From Raillietiella orientalis (Eukaryota), in contig JAYWIR010000005.1 of assembly GCA_036172245.1 (NCBI GenBank), forward strand, positions 4,030,001-4,094,000: a stretch of DNA of 64,000 bases. The letters are read 5' to 3'. A program made the translations under genes and the position numbers. Below the pieces are notes generated by a model. The model saw only the letters and a list, made by a program, of their open reading frames with translations, did not search any database and had not been told where the DNA came from. Position 1 is the first letter of the stretch, and the number at the start of each line of letters is the position of its first letter. Positions 10,701-23,800 of the stretch are shown piece after piece.

Positions 10701-13368
10701 GTGCGGATCGGGGGGGGGGGGGGACGCCCTGCTGTTGCCAGTTGCCATGGAGTCGAGGTCGATTTCAGGAAGAAAGAAGGGAGGTAGGGGGGAAACATCG
10801 GCCCTAAGTGTGTATATGTGGTCTCTGCCATCCCTCAAGCCGTCGATGCAGGAAAGCGCCAGCCATCACCTTGGGCTGGCACCCAGCGGCTGTCAGTCCT
10901 CAAGACAGAACGACGACGGTCGGCGAATTTCTTCACTGAGTCTCCTCCCTTCCCCTGCCGGGATCAGACTCTTTCCAGAGCGCTCTACAACCGTATCGCC
11001 CCTAGGCTGTGCCCGGTCCCCATTCCTCTCTCGTTCCTCTTCTTTTCGGGTGTCGCCGGGACCGTAGGGAGGATGCTGCCATTTTCCTGGTCCACGCGTC
11101 CGCCCGCCTGCCACTACGACGAGCGCTCGAGTTGTCATGGAAACAGAGATCGCCGCGGGATGCTCCCGCAGGAGCTGGAACTCCAAAGTCGCTGTCCTGG
11201 ATGTGGAAGTGGAAGCAGGGAGGGCGACTGCAGAGCACGACTTGGGGAGCCGGATGGATCGCGCCTCTCTCCGGATGGCCCGCTGCGCACCGTTCCTCCT
11301 GGGTCACCCACCCTTCCGAATCGCCCCTTCTCCTGACCCCTCTATTCCTCGAAGCAACCATGGCAACGCACTCCTTTCGCGCGAGGAGGGGGAAACCGGC
11401 TGTTCCCATTTTCGGAGGACGCGAGCGAGCCAACGGGCTCGACTGGCCGAGGCGGCAGGGTTGCCGCCGTGGGGCAGGACGATATGGTTCCCGCTGCAGT
11501 TCCCCGGGGAATAGGGTGGCAGGGCGGTGCCGAAGAGCAAGCATGGCGTGCTCAAGCCTTCCCTTCGGGAGGAGGGCGGTCGTCACGCGCGCCCTAAGCT
11601 GCTGGCGCAAACTCCCTGCAACCGCGGACCTCGACCTGCTGCCGATTCGGCCGTCTGCGGGCGCACTCGTGGGCACGCAGCCGTTCAGGGAACCTGGCAA
11701 GAATCCGCACCGATGGTACGTCAAAGGGTACAGCGTTCTTGCTGGGGAGCAGCGAGGCAGACGAGAAACGGTCGATCGCGACGTCATCGGGTGCCGTGCC
11801 CAGGGGCAGAATCCTCCCCCCTTTCTTCCTTTGGCGGGAGCATGGCTTCCACTTGCCCGGACATTGGGAGCGGTTGACTTCCTCGGGAAGCGTCGGTTGA
11901 GCCACGCATCACCAGTCATTCGGCAGAGAGAACGCGTCTGCCTACGCGCGTGCAAGGTGCGTCCACCGTCCGCAGCAGCGCAGTCGAAGTGGTGTGATCC
12001 TGGTGGGATGGCCCCGAAGCGCTCTGGAAGGAAACGAACCGACGGAAGGGATGTGGCAAGGGAGGGACGCACCAAAGCACTGAGCTCGGAGAAAGCAGGG
12101 AATCCGGGCGAGAGATGGACCCGGAGGTGACGGCTTTCAGAGGATTCGTCCACAGGAGCCTTTGGCAGTGTCGAGGCTCCTGCGGCGCAGCCTACGGTGT
12201 TGCCAAGGTCCCGCGGAAGGCGTGTCGGATAGACCGAAGGCAGAAGAAGGAGGAGGAAAATCTGTTAGAGGCAGAAGAGGGAGGAGGAAGGCGGGCTTTG
12301 AAAGAGCTCAGGAGGACTGTTGGAAGAAGAGGTCGTGCAGTGGCCGGCAGGAACGTCAGAACCATCTTGCGGGGGAGGATCGCATCTTGGAGCTCGTGCC
12401 AGCCGGTAGGGTGCAGGTGGCCGTCGCTGAAAGAAGGTTCTAGAAGATCCTAGCCAGCTGGCTTGGAAGGCGCGAAGATGGAGAGGGCCGTGAGCCGCGC
12501 AGCATTCGGGGAGTTTCGTGACCTCCGCTGACGGTCGGCCATTTTGAGGTTTTCTACTGAAAATTCCCAGACCCCTACCCCTTTCCTCGCGAATGGGTGC
12601 AAGACGGACCGCTGCAAGGCATGGCCCCGGTTCCTCCTCCGGTGTTGCCCCTCGGTTCGGTCGGCAGTGCTTCGCGCCGCGCAGCGCGAGCGAACGGCCA
12701 GTGCCACCCCACGCGCCAGTCTGGTGTTTTGCCCTCCTCCTGCGGGTGTGCGAGTTTCGGGGACACGTGCCCGCTGTTGCACAAAGTCGCATCTTCTCTC
12801 ATCTCCTGAGATTTTTTCGAACTAGTTCCTTCAAAAGGAAAAACAAAAACAGGGTGAATTCTGCAGCCCTTCCCCTCCGGGGGTCTTGGATTTAGCAAGT
12901 CCCTTCTTTTAGGGGAAATCCAGAAAAATGCGACTATTACGGGAATACCGCCATACACTGGGCGGCCGGCAACGGGCACATGGGCTGCATAAGCTTCCTC
13001 GTCCACTTTGGGGTGAACTTGTGGTCCCTCAACAATGATTACCAGACTCCGAAGGACCTATCCGTCATCCACAATCACCTGATTGTCTTCCGCTACCTGG
13101 ACAACATGATGGCCGAGCAGGTGCGGGCGTGCTTCTTCAGCGGGCGCAATGGGTTTTTCCTTTCCTCGTCCAGGAAATGAGGAACAGGAAGAGCGTGAAG
13201 TCCCTGAGGACGAAAGCTTTGCGGCGCGTGGAAAAGAACCTAAAGAAAATCAGGAAGCTGGAGAAGAAGATGGAGAAGTTCCAGAGGCAAAGTACGACTG
13301 CGGCGGCAACTGCGAGTTCCTTCCGTGGGGTCCACTCCGCGCCAACTCACCTCTGTGCATCCCCGAAG
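7786..13368 (+). CDS. USH1G: Sans / USH1G-ANKS4B family scaffold, N-terminal ankyrin repeats plus basic coiled region; exons 7786-7811, 8467-8610, 12913-13120, 13174-13368
   Basis: The spliced product [106 protein letters not shown]...[31 protein letters not shown] matches the SANS N-terminus (YHRAARDG...[15 protein letters not shown]...[21 protein letters not shown]...DNDYHTP). Junctions are GT-AG and phase-compatible. Confidence 0.9.
8750..12450 (-). mobile_element. Decayed RLE-clade retrotransposon RT region inside Sans intron 2, antisense to the gene
   Basis: Ordered minus-strand remnants: [20 protein letters not shown]...HRPATL (cf. TxLIPKxGD..NWRPI), WLARVLRKW...VSP, and CLDLLANWA (post-YADD helix). 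Boundaries are approximate. Confidence 0.45.
11131..11144. promoter_or_regulatory. RFX X-box motif in Sans intron 2
   Basis: GTTGTCATGGAAAC fits GYTRYY-N1-3-RRHRAC exactly. One-mismatch copies lie at 7780-7793, 10741-10754 and 11354-11367. Confidence 0.4.
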
Positions 13369-13659
13369 GTGCGCTGCGGTGCCGACATCATCTGGAGGAC
13401 GCTGCGTGGACGTCGGAAGCGGCAACGCCGACGTTGAGGAAGGACGCAGGGACGGCTCATCGGTATCTCGAGTTCAGGAAAGTAGCACCCGCCGCTCTCT
13501 CCGGGAGGAGCGGGTGTCTGTCTCCGGACGATACCCGCGGCGCCAGCGGATGCAGACGCTGCCTCTCACAAAGCTCCCGAGAGCCAGGTCTGCTGTCTCC
13601 CAACTCTCTGGGGCGCCCTTCAATCTCCATTCTTCTCCCCAACCTTTGCAGCTTGTCAG

Positions 13660-13817
13660 AAGGACGCCAGTAGGGGATTCTTCCGCACACTCTCAGAGCC
13701 CGACATCTCACTGCACCGGTGCGCCACCACCGCCGCTGCAGGATTCTTGCCGCAGCGGTGCAAGGCGTCCAAGGCCACCACTCTCCAGAGGTCCGGCGCG
13801 GGAAACCCTTACGCCAG
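13660..13817 (+). CDS. Probable further Sans exon (central region)
   Basis: Pyrimidine tract plus TGTCAG acceptor and AG|GTAAC donor, in phase with the previous exon. It encodes KDASRGFFRTLSEPDI..., and SEPD resembles the arthropod Sans central region as I recall it. Confidence 0.45.
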
Positions 13818-16049
13818 GTAACAAAACTCCGGCTGCCTTTTTTACATTCCTTGGGGAGGGGGCGCATGCGCATCGTACTCCGGCGACTCCGGGAGCGCGG
13901 CGCAGCAGACGCCTTTCTCCGCCTGCCTAACGCGGCGGGTCCCAGTTCGCGGCGAAGGACAGAGTAAAATGCTCTTTCTTTCCTTTTTTTTTTTTTATTC
14001 TTCCGGTGTCCCAGAAGGCAAATTTGGAACTTGGGAAGGAGAGAGAGAGAGAAGGCGGGGGGAAGGGAATTAGCTGCTGCTGCTATTCAACTCATGAACA
14101 CAGATTGCCTAAGAGTATTGCTAGCCTCCAGGCTATCGATCTCTCCGCTCATGCCTCATCCTGTTAGCAGCTACGTGGGAAACGCAAGTAGTTGCAGGAA
14201 TCCCATCCTCTTTCCTTCCTCCTCCTTTCCACTCTTTCTCCTCCTTTTCTTTCTTCCTCTGTTCTTCCTCCTCATCCCTCTCTCCCCCTCCTTCGTTCCC
14301 CGCTCTTGCCTGGAACGGGAGACGCGGGGTGAGAAGTCTTCATTGTCGATCCATTGGATCTCTCCTCCTCTCTCCCCTTGCCCTACGATTGGACGCCGAT
14401 CAGTTGGATCGTGTGCCGCGCGATCCCTCTCTCTCTCTCTCTTCCGGATGTGCCGCGCGATCGGGCGGCGGCCACCGTCCCGCGCAGCTGCTGCAGACGG
14501 TCGCGCCGCCGGCGGTTGCGTCGGTGCCGATCACGCGACGGGGAAGGAAACGGGGGGAGAGATGGGGGAGGGATCATCATCATCTGTTCCCTTCCAGAGC
14601 GAAGTTCCGGTCCTCGGAGCGCAGCATCGGTCGGTTGTGGTTCGCCAGGTTTCTCCCCTGAGAAGGACGAGGACGGCGGCGAAGTGTCAAGGAAGTTGCG
14701 CGCGCTCAGCCGCGGGCGAGAAGCGAGCGAGTGAAGAAACCTACGAGACACGCCCTCTTCATCTTTTCCCCCTTCCCGACAAGTGTGGTGGCGGCTGCTT
14801 CTCGAAGGCGATGCGTTGCGCGGCAACGCGCGGATGGCAGCCGGAAGGAGCTCTCTGGAAGCTTCCCCTCTCCCCGTGGCTCCCGTTCGAAAGGCCGCGC
14901 GGCGGCGGCCACGCATCCAGGAAGTCGCGAGGAACGAAGGGGTGGGGGAAATAAAATAAAATCGAAAAGTGTTCCCTGGAAGGAGGGAATTCCCGGACCC
15001 TTCCAGTGTGCCTCCCCTCCTCCCTCCTATGCGCCTTCCCTCTCCTGCTTCCCTTGCCTCCCTTCTTCCCCTTCCCGTTTCCCGGGGGTCAGGAGGGGAC
15101 GGCTGGTCGGTGGGGTCGCCGACTCGTCTGCGGTCGTGGCGGCCGTCGCCCCTTGCCCCGCCAGGGAGGCGCGTGGGGGGAATGGCGCGGCTCGGTTGTC
15201 CCCAACCCACCCACGCTTCTGCCCCACGCGCACCGTAGCCGGCGCTCTGTTCGCCCTCAGCGACGGACTCTTGCTGCTTCGGGAAGGAGGGGCGAGCAGC
15301 AGAGTGGATCAGCGGGCTAGCCGGAAGGTACGGCCGTACCAGAGGGAGCGGCTGCCGCCGCCGCACTAGGAGGAGGAGAAAGATGGACCATTTTCCGATC
15401 ATCGTGCCTGTCATCTTCGCCTGCAGTGCGCCCTCCTCCCATCTCGAGTAGTTGGTTGCAGGGAATTGTGGGACTCGGGTCCCACGATACCTGGCGGCAG
15501 GCGCGCAGAGCGCGCTTTTCTTGGCAATCCAGCACGGCGGTGACCGACGCGTGTGCAAATCGATGTGCCACCGGATGTGATGACGTAACTGCGCTAAAGT
15601 TTGCGTGCGCGAACGCGCGCGTGTGCTTTTTTTTTTTTTTTTTCCCTTTCGTGACGTTCGCGGCTTCCTGTTGGAGACGTTGAAGTAGTCGTGTCGTCAC
15701 GTAGGAGCTTCGTGAACTCTCCTGATCTCTTGTCCGGCGAAGCAATCTGCTCCTAACGGCAAGGACGAACGAGAGGAATCACAGGGTTCTCTCCAGGATC
15801 TGGCCGCGACGAGTCATTGGCAAGGGGGAGAAGGCCGGATGCCTCCCACGCCCTCGCCGGCAAGCAGCTGCCAAGGGACGCCTCCAGTTCTCGAGGCCGC
15901 GGCGAAAGGTCCGTCGCGCGCTCGGGGCCCTTCGTCCCGGCTGATCGGCTGATCCTCGCTTCAAACCGACGCCGTCGACGGCCTCCCTTTGCGCGTCTTC
16001 ACCACTCCGCGTCTTCGCCGACCCGCCGACCGTTCGTCCCTGAGGGTCC

Positions 16050-16635
16050 TTGCCCCGCGTTGGCGGCCGTGTGGCTGCTGTGGCCTCCGTGCGAGGCACT
16101 AAGCGTTGCGGGTTTGAACCTCCACGTGGAGGATCGGCTCTAAGGAATGGGGGATGCGTCGCGAGTTCGAGTTCTCCCCGCGAGATGACGCTGGCTGCCT
16201 ACATTCGGGTGCGGCACTGGTGGAAGCGGGATGCCCCGTCGAGTGGCCGGGATTTGGAAGTTGACCTTCTGGGATCCTTCCAGGAATCAAGGAGCCCTTC
16301 GGGGTTCCCTTCCGGTGGATTGATGCCTCTCCAGAGTGTCAAGAAGTGCTTTGCTCTCTTCGGGAGCGGCCCTTCAGGGAAAATTTGGAGGCGTCCCTTC
16401 GGGGTTCTATTCAGAGGAGGAGGAAACGGAGCGGTACCCTTGTGGCTGGAAATCCCTCTGGAGAAGAAATTCCAGGAGCGGGTGCTTTCCAGGTTCCCAT
16501 CGAAGAAGAAGCAATGGAGCGCCCTCACCCCCTCCGGGAGGGGGTCCTTCCGGAGAGAATGAGGAAGAGGGTTCCCTTCGGGGTTCCCTCCCAAGCGTGA
16601 GAGAGGAGCGGACTTCTCTCTCCGGAGCCCTTCCT
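16050..16635 (+). repeat. Interspersed repeat family R, copy 1
   Basis: Aligns by eye to the reverse complement of 32668-33422 (e.g. GGATCCTTCCAGGAATCAAGGAG, CCGGAGAGAATGAGGAAG, CCCTTCGGGGTTCCC) and to 26119-26545 and 29095-29393. Confidence 0.8.
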
Positions 16636-16649
16636 GACGCTCCCGTCTG

Positions 16650-19600
16650 CTCACACCTGCTTCGGCGCCACCGCCTGTTGCCGCGCGTTGCTCGGAGCGC
16701 TTTCTCGCTGGCCGTGGCGCGAGCCTCCGCGCCGGCTCACGTGGCGCTTTGGGTGCGTATGCGGGAACCGCTCCCTCGGAGCCCAGCTCGGCCTCCGCGG
16801 ACCAGACGAGGATGTGGGGCGTCTCTCGCCTGTTTCCTGTTCGTGGGAGTCCCTCGCTTTCCAGACGTCCGCTCGTTCCCATCCTGTCGTCTGCTAAATG
16901 AGGTGGCGGCGGCGGGAGGTTGCAAGAGGAGGGAACGAAGAAGGGACTCTCCACCGTCTCTTCGGCGCGTCCTCATAACGGGCGCTGGCCCTTGAAGGTT
17001 CCTTCCGTGCAGGCGGTGAACCGTCCGATATTTCCAGCGTGCACCTCGGAGGAACCCTCCTCCGATCCTGGCTCGCTCGGTCATCTTGTGGCGTGGAAGA
17101 AGGCTGGAGGTGCTCCTGGAAGACCAGGAGGGGAGTTCCGGACGTTGCCAGAGGCGGCTTCCCTCCTCGGGCGGTCGGCTCGCCTCTGTGGTCTCCTCCG
17201 GGGCTTCGCCGCGAACTGGGACCCTCCGCGTTAGGCAGGCGCTTCCCTGAGGGAGAAGTGGATGGCCGGGCATGAGCTCTTCGTTTTCCCTCCTCTCTGT
17301 CGGCGTCTTCCACAGCCTCTGGCTGAGTCTCAGAAGGGACAATTACACTTCGAGCGAGATGACCTGACCTTCGATTCGGAGCACTAGGTGTCCGGTCGGT
17401 GGAGGCTGGAACCTGCCTCATGGACTGCGCCAACCGGAGGCGAGCCAGCAGCGTCCCCCATGGACCTGCCATCGTCTTTGCCTGCCTACTCGGCGCGCAG
17501 TGATCACTATTGCTGAGGATGCGCATTTCACGCGCACGCGGTCGATGCCGTCTGTGATCGGCGCGCATGCCTCTCACGGGAACGAAGTAAGGCGGGTCTG
17601 CACAATCCCTGCCGGAGAGGAAGAGAGGCCGCAGTGCTAGCCGAAGCAAGCCGCAGCTTTCTTCCCGTCTGGCTGGGTTCCCGGGAAGGAACGTCGTGCT
17701 GGAAGCCTGCGCGACCCGACGCGTCTCGGCATGTTCTCTTCAGGGTGACCTCTCTACCGGGCTATGGTTCCCGACGGTTCTTTCAGCGCGGGCGGTGATC
17801 TGTCCAAAGTCTTCCAACAGACATCTCGGGAACACTGGATGTTCGAGCATTCATCTCTTAGGAACTACTGATTCTTCGTCGTTCGGGCAGCTTCCCCTCG
17901 CGGGTGGGTGTCCGGCTCGGAGGACCCTTTCGGGCAGATGCAGCTGGACTGGATGCGATGGACGTTCTTGCTACTGCGAGCAGTCGTCTGCAGGCCAAGT
18001 GAAGGGTCCATTCGCTGTTCTCTCCCTCTGTCTTGGCATTTCGGGAACCGCTGCTGCAGACTCACTGTTTGACCTTCATTCCTTTTGTCTCGGGACACTG
18101 GGTCAGAGCCCGGCCCCGAATCCGTTTCCAGGATAGATCATCCGGACTCGCAAGCCTTCAGAGTTCAGAATAGCTCCCATGATTCGGGTCGACAGTTGGT
18201 CGCGTCTCTCGCCCCATCGAACTTTGGGTTGCCGATGCATGAATTGAAGACGTGCCCCAGGCACTTTCCTCACGCCTCGTGAGGATGCGAGCGACTCCGC
18301 TCCTCCTTTAACAGGCAGCGGATTCAGACCGCTCTGCAGGAGCCAATACGAAGCCTGGAGAATCGGAGACGCTGATCATGTTAAACAACAGACGTACGGC
18401 GGTGCCCAACACATGCTGTCCTTGATACAGGTGTTTTGCAACCAGGGATGTCCATGCCCGTCGGCTGTGAATCGTGCTGAGGACGGAGGCGACCTTCCTT
18501 CTCGCGTGTGCGCCGCGAGTGCAGTGTCCAGACGCGATTGTCTGTTCCTCCTTTTCGAACGCCCGCTTTCCTCGGCTCGATCGGACGCTTTACTGTCCAT
18601 CGTCCAGATGACTCTGATGAGTCTTCTGGGTCCATTCCATTTTCCGCCGATTGCTCCGGAAGCGAAACCACGTGAATCTTCATCCGCTGGTGGTTCCTGC
18701 AGTCTCTCCCTCGCCTCCTGCCGTAAGTCTTCCACTTCCGGATCCACTACAGTTACAAGAACCTGGACTAACTGTCCACCGCACGGAGGGTACAGGTGTC
18801 GTCAGAGAGGGACTTCGGTAAGCAGGGACATCCCTCTGATCTGCATGCGGGTACCCCTTGGTCCCACGTTCGGTGAGGGGATGCGTTTCCTTCTTCCCGC
18901 CGTCCGATCTTCAGCAGAGGGCAGGTGTCGCTTCCCTACGATCCTGCACATCTCGTTTGAGGGGTCTGTGAGTTTGCCTCGTGGCACAGGGCATTATGGC
19001 TGTCTGGGCTATGGCCATCTGCAAGAACAATTTGTTTGGACAAGAGAGCCTTCTCCCGCCACTTCCTCGTGTTTGCAGGACAGTCGGCTGGCGTTCGCAG
19101 CCGGAAGTCCACGCCGGTCTCCTTCCAAACGCCCGTCGTACGGTGGAGGAGGCCTAGAGAGTTCCTTCCGGTCTCGAATTCTTGAGGAACAACTCGTCCT
19201 CGGCCCAGCGGTGTGCACGTACACCCTATTCAGACGAGAAAGCGGGGCACCGAACTGTCCATCCTGCCAGTTCATCAGCAGCGGAGTTCAAAAGAGCGCC
19301 TCGCCGTCTCCATGCCGACGAGCCGCCACGTGATTTTCCCCTTCGTCGTTCCCCCTGGGCCGAATTGCTTTTTCTCTCCAGACAGCTGCGCACCGGGATG
19401 GCGGAAGGACCGACTGCCGCGACTCCCGTTCGGTCGATGCTTATTTGGTTTCCCTGAAACGCAAAATTCCTCCTGGACGCGTTCAGACCCTTCGTGCGCA
19501 TGGGGGCGAGCGGAGTGGGTGGACTCCGAAAAGACCATCGATCAAAAGAGGTGCTCTCTCTCTTCTGAGCTCGTTCGCGGCTAACCACCAACTTATCCGG

Positions 19601-19700
19601 CGATGGGATGGTCCTGAGGACGGATTGTCGGCTCCCTTGGTAGAATTTGCTCCAATCGGGAGCTGCATGCTGATCTGCTTGTGAACACGTCGAACCGTTC
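16650..19700 (-). mobile_element. Decayed near-full-length RT-CCHC-RLE ORF of a NeSL/Utopia-like element
   Basis: Collinear minus-strand remnants: PRGKLTDPSN (RT1), GPRRLIRVIWTM and KAGVRKG (RT3-4), RLALRPLFL (thumb), GGGFLRGARWKYRTVHRLH...RRRDGGESL (pre-CCHC/CCHC), and ETPHILVW...AVPAY (RLE PD...D region). Confidence 0.55.
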
Positions 19701-20899
19701 CCCTTTCAATTAACTACTAAACAGAAGTTTCGGGATTCGCCGCATTTCGCCAGCAACCTCCCCCCCCCTCCCCCTTCCTCCCCCCGTCGGCAGAACTGCG
19801 TTCGCTGCTCAAATTTTCGGACAGGAGTTTCTTTGAGCTCGGCGGATCCGATGCAGTCACTGTGAATCGCAGCGGCAGGGATCCCAGTGCCAAAGGTTCG
19901 CAAGAGAAACGGAGAGAAACGCCATGTGGAACACTGAATCCCGTTTCTAGGAACTGCGGATGCTAACACGATGGTTGTGGCAGTTACCTGAAAATTTAAA
20001 AAAAACAAAAAAAAGCAGTGCAAATAAAAAGAACGAAAAAGCAAAAGTCATGTTTTCATGATTTTATTTTATTTCTTTTTTTTTTTTTTTTGTGAGCGAG
20101 CCGCAAAGGCGAAGCGTAAGACTGAATCGAGCTGATAGAAGGCAAATTCACTGAAAGGTGTTCGTAAGAGAGTGAGTAAAAACACACACACACAAAGACA
20201 CGGTACTGTTTTGGGCTAGTGACATTCACGTTTTGCGTCAGTCCGTGTTTTGTGTTCTTTAAAATGCCTATAATTTTAGCGAAAATTCGAAGAAAAAATC
20301 GAGGTTGCCTTTCCTTTCCGCCATGATGGATTTTATTCGACTTTGAAGAAGAATGGAGGCGTGAAAGGTCCTCCGAGTGCGTCACAATTACGTTCCAAAT
20401 TTTCGTGTTGCACAACATGGCAGCTCAAGGCGAGTCGACGCGGCTCTGGCATCCAGCAGCTGCGGAGACCCGTTTGTAGATGTCGCTAGCGCAGGCGACG
20501 CTGGCGTCCTCTCCTAGCGCGATTGACAAAGCGCTAAGCGGACAGGCCTTCCTGCGTCTTCCTGTCTTCCTTCGCGCCCATCTGCCCCGTTTTCGGGGCG
20601 GTGGGGGTAACGGGATCGTAGTGTGGCGGCCCCAATGGAGTATGGATTGTGCATCTGGGGTTTCCAACGGACCCACAACAGAGAAGATCGAAAGGGGTGA
20701 GCCCCTTCGTTTCTGGAGGGCGCGTGCTCCTCTCTGGGATCTCTGGTCCTCGCCCGCGACCTCACTGCCAAGGGCCGTCGAGCTCCCCCTTCCCAGCGAC
20801 CCCTTGGCCGAGTCGACCTGCCTTTCTTCCCTGGACGTCAGCTTCGAGCTGTCCTCGTCAGAGGGGGGGAACGACGAAGAGGAAGGGTCTGATCTTCCT

Positions 20900-23800
20900 C
20901 GGCGTCTTCCCTCTCTGCAGCGGAACGCCAGCCTCCCCCTCCCGTCCTCAATTCGGCGCGCGCTCTCGGGAGCTGTGCGGGATCCGGGGATCTGAGGCCG
21001 TACCTGTGCACCTTCATCCCCCTGCTCCCGCTTTCACCTCGAGCAGCACCTGGTTTTCTTGGCGGTTTTCCCGGTGGGGGCGGCGGGGGTGAGGGGGAGG
21101 GAGACGGAAGCTCCTGTTACACCATTCCTCGATCTGGACACCGCGGCCGAAAGGGTCAGAGAGGTCTTGGGCCCGTTTTGGCTCCGCTTTCCGGTCTGGC
21201 GGCGCTGTTGCAGCCAGATGAGCCTTAGTTTCGTTAGGAAGAAGGCAGGGGTGTTCGTGTGGCTTGAGGTGTATGGAGCACCGTGAGGTGCGCGCTCCGA
21301 TTTTATCGGTATTAGGGACGTGGTCCCGGGCTTCGCCCGAGGGTGAGCCCCTCGACTTTCTCTCCTTAGGTCTTCTCCGCAGGCGTCCCATCCTGTACTT
21401 GTCAAGCGGTGACCCTCGGGGCAAACGCGGGGACCCTGCGAGCGGCCGTGGGGCGTTTCCGCAGCAGCGAGAGCAGCTCCAGAGGTCGTGGGCGGCAGGG
21501 CGCGCCGTTTCGCGAGTCCGGTCTGGTCAGTCCCTCCCCCCTCCCTCCAGGGGAACTTACTCTGAGTCTGCAAGAAGAAGGGTGCGTGGGACGGAGGGCT
21601 TTCCGAAGCTGCCGTGTCGCGGCTACCAGCTCGTGCTTCTCCTTGAGTGGCATGCGGACGGAATGGCCCATCAGCAAGTGGCTCCCGTTCTTCCAGAATA
21701 GGATCTCGCAGTTCTCGTCTGGAAGTCGCAGCCTTCCTGAAAGGATGCGAACGGGCAATTCGGGCAAGGGAGGACTGCCAGGTGGCAGAGGAAGGAGAGG
21801 GGGCGAAGGAGGAAGGAGGGAGGAGGAACGGGATAGGGAAAGCTGCGGTCAGTGGAGAGAAGGGGAAGACTAAGGTCTCCTTCCTCCCCGGTAGCACCTG
21901 GGAGGGGGAATTCGCCAGGTCGCCTGGGAAGGGCCACCGGTTCCCGAAAGCGGGACCAGTGGCTGGCTTCGTTCCGGAAGCGGTCTCCTGGACAAGAGGA
22001 GTGGACGGGGCGCGCCTGCGCAAGCGTTCTGAAGGACTCAGGCTGGGTGACTCCAGGAGGTCTTCCTGACATCGAGGATGCCGGCCGTCGACCAATCGGA
22101 AAGGAGTCTCGCGACTGGGAAGAAACCGGGGGAAGGGAGGAGGGACGGTAAGCGAGACCATCGGCCGGCTCCAGCAGGAACAGCTCCCCCTCCCCCCTAA
22201 CTGCGAGCTCCCGAGGGACTCCCAGCGGGAATCTCTGGAGGTGCAGTGCGTGGAGTGTTTCCCCCTGCATCCCGGATTGCTGCGCCCTCATTGTCACTCC
22301 CTTCTCCCTGGGAACCGACTCCTGTGGAGGAGATGGAGACCTGGAGCATGCTCCGCGCTCCCTCCTCCTCCTTTCTCGACGCCCTTCTTCCCCTCTCAGC
22401 ATTTCTCGGTCCCTCTTCCTCGGCGTGCTCCTTAGTGCTGTGTCGCGATGACCCCGTCGCTACTGCTCTGGTGGCAGGGTGAAAGAGGCAGGCAAGGCGC
22501 GCCAGCGTCTTTGACGATCGGCCTCCTGTTTCCTTCCTTCCCTGCCTCCCCCCTGCGGGCTTGGGAGTGGTTCAGCGGACGACGGCGAGAGATGGCAACC
22601 GCCTGCCTGACGAGGGAGGGCGAAGAGACGGGAGCAAGCCCGGAAGCCAAAATCCTCGATCCCTCCGAGGTCTCTTGGCGTCCGTGGTCCGTGGATCGGG
22701 CGGTGCTCGGAGCACGTGCGTTCCGGGAGCACTTCCAGGGGACGAGACCAGCCCGAAGTGCGGGATGGAAGCCTTCCGCGACTCGAAGAGAGAAAGACCC
22801 GTGCAGCAGCAGCCACTTCGAGGTCGCAAGAGGCAGACTGCGACTCGTGGCTGACGAGGCTGACCATCCGCGAGCAGGTACTTTTCCCTAGAGGGAGAGA
22901 GGGCGGGGAGTCGATCCAGCCGTCGGCTGCAAAGAGGGCTGATGATCTTCAGCTCCTGAATGCATCCCGGATCACCCGTAGGTGATTCAGAGCCTTGCAG
23001 CTGTCTGAGGGCGAGGACCATGACCCAAAGGATCCCGTGACCGTTTCTGCACGCTAGTAAGAACACAGCGGAATGACGTACCACAGGCCGTTCGGCTGCT
23101 CGGAAACGGGAGAAGCATAGAAGGAGCGCATGAGCTACCCCACCTGCATCTGTCTGTCCGGATCTTAATGGAGCGCTCAGCTCGAGTTGAGGCGGAGAGA
23201 TCGTTTTAAACTCGCGGTTGGTTGCAGGAACGGGGAGGGAGGGAGAGGGGGGTCCTTGGCAACCGATTACTTCCCACGTCGTGCTTAGCTGCTTCCCACG
23301 GAGACCTGGACCAGAAGCGAAGGCAACGGCGAACTCCTCGTGTTAACGGCGCCTGCCTCCTCCAGACCAGGGATACTGGACGGGAGATGGGAAAACGGAG
23401 GGAGAATCCAAAGGGTTGTGCTGACTGAGGCCATGTGACCATGGCTATGCAACGTGCACTCTGCGTGCCCCGATGTGTGCCCTGGCGCAGTGTGGGATGG
23501 TCAGCGTTCCCGTTTCGCGAGGTCTCCGTGGAGCCGGCTCGGAAAGCGACGGACCAGTGCGTACCATCCCGCATCCACGCTAAGAGCACCCTCGTCACTT
23601 CGAGGGCATGCTGCAGCCACGGCGCACATCCAGAGCGAACGCGCGAAGCGGCTCGGTGACGTCACTTTTCCGTGCAGACATCACGCGAGGTATCTGTGAG
23701 CTGAGTCGACGACGCGCATCTCGAAGCGTGAATGGCACAAAAATACACTCTTCGGACGGGAGGGAGGGCGAATCCGTACACTACGGACCGTGACTTCTTT

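Noticed and set aside
14598..14648. Candidate 51-nt Sans exon (RAKFRSSERSIGRLWFAR) resembling the LFTRPGLGTMVFRR motif
   Set aside because: Phase-compatible, but the similarity and the donor site are too weak to call.
16050..16120. HDV-like ribozyme at the 5' end of repeat R (GCC-TCCGTGCGA-GGC resembles P3/L3)
   Set aside because: I could not build P1, P1.1, P2 and J4/2 consistently in both copies that cover this region. A covariance search on the consensus would be needed.
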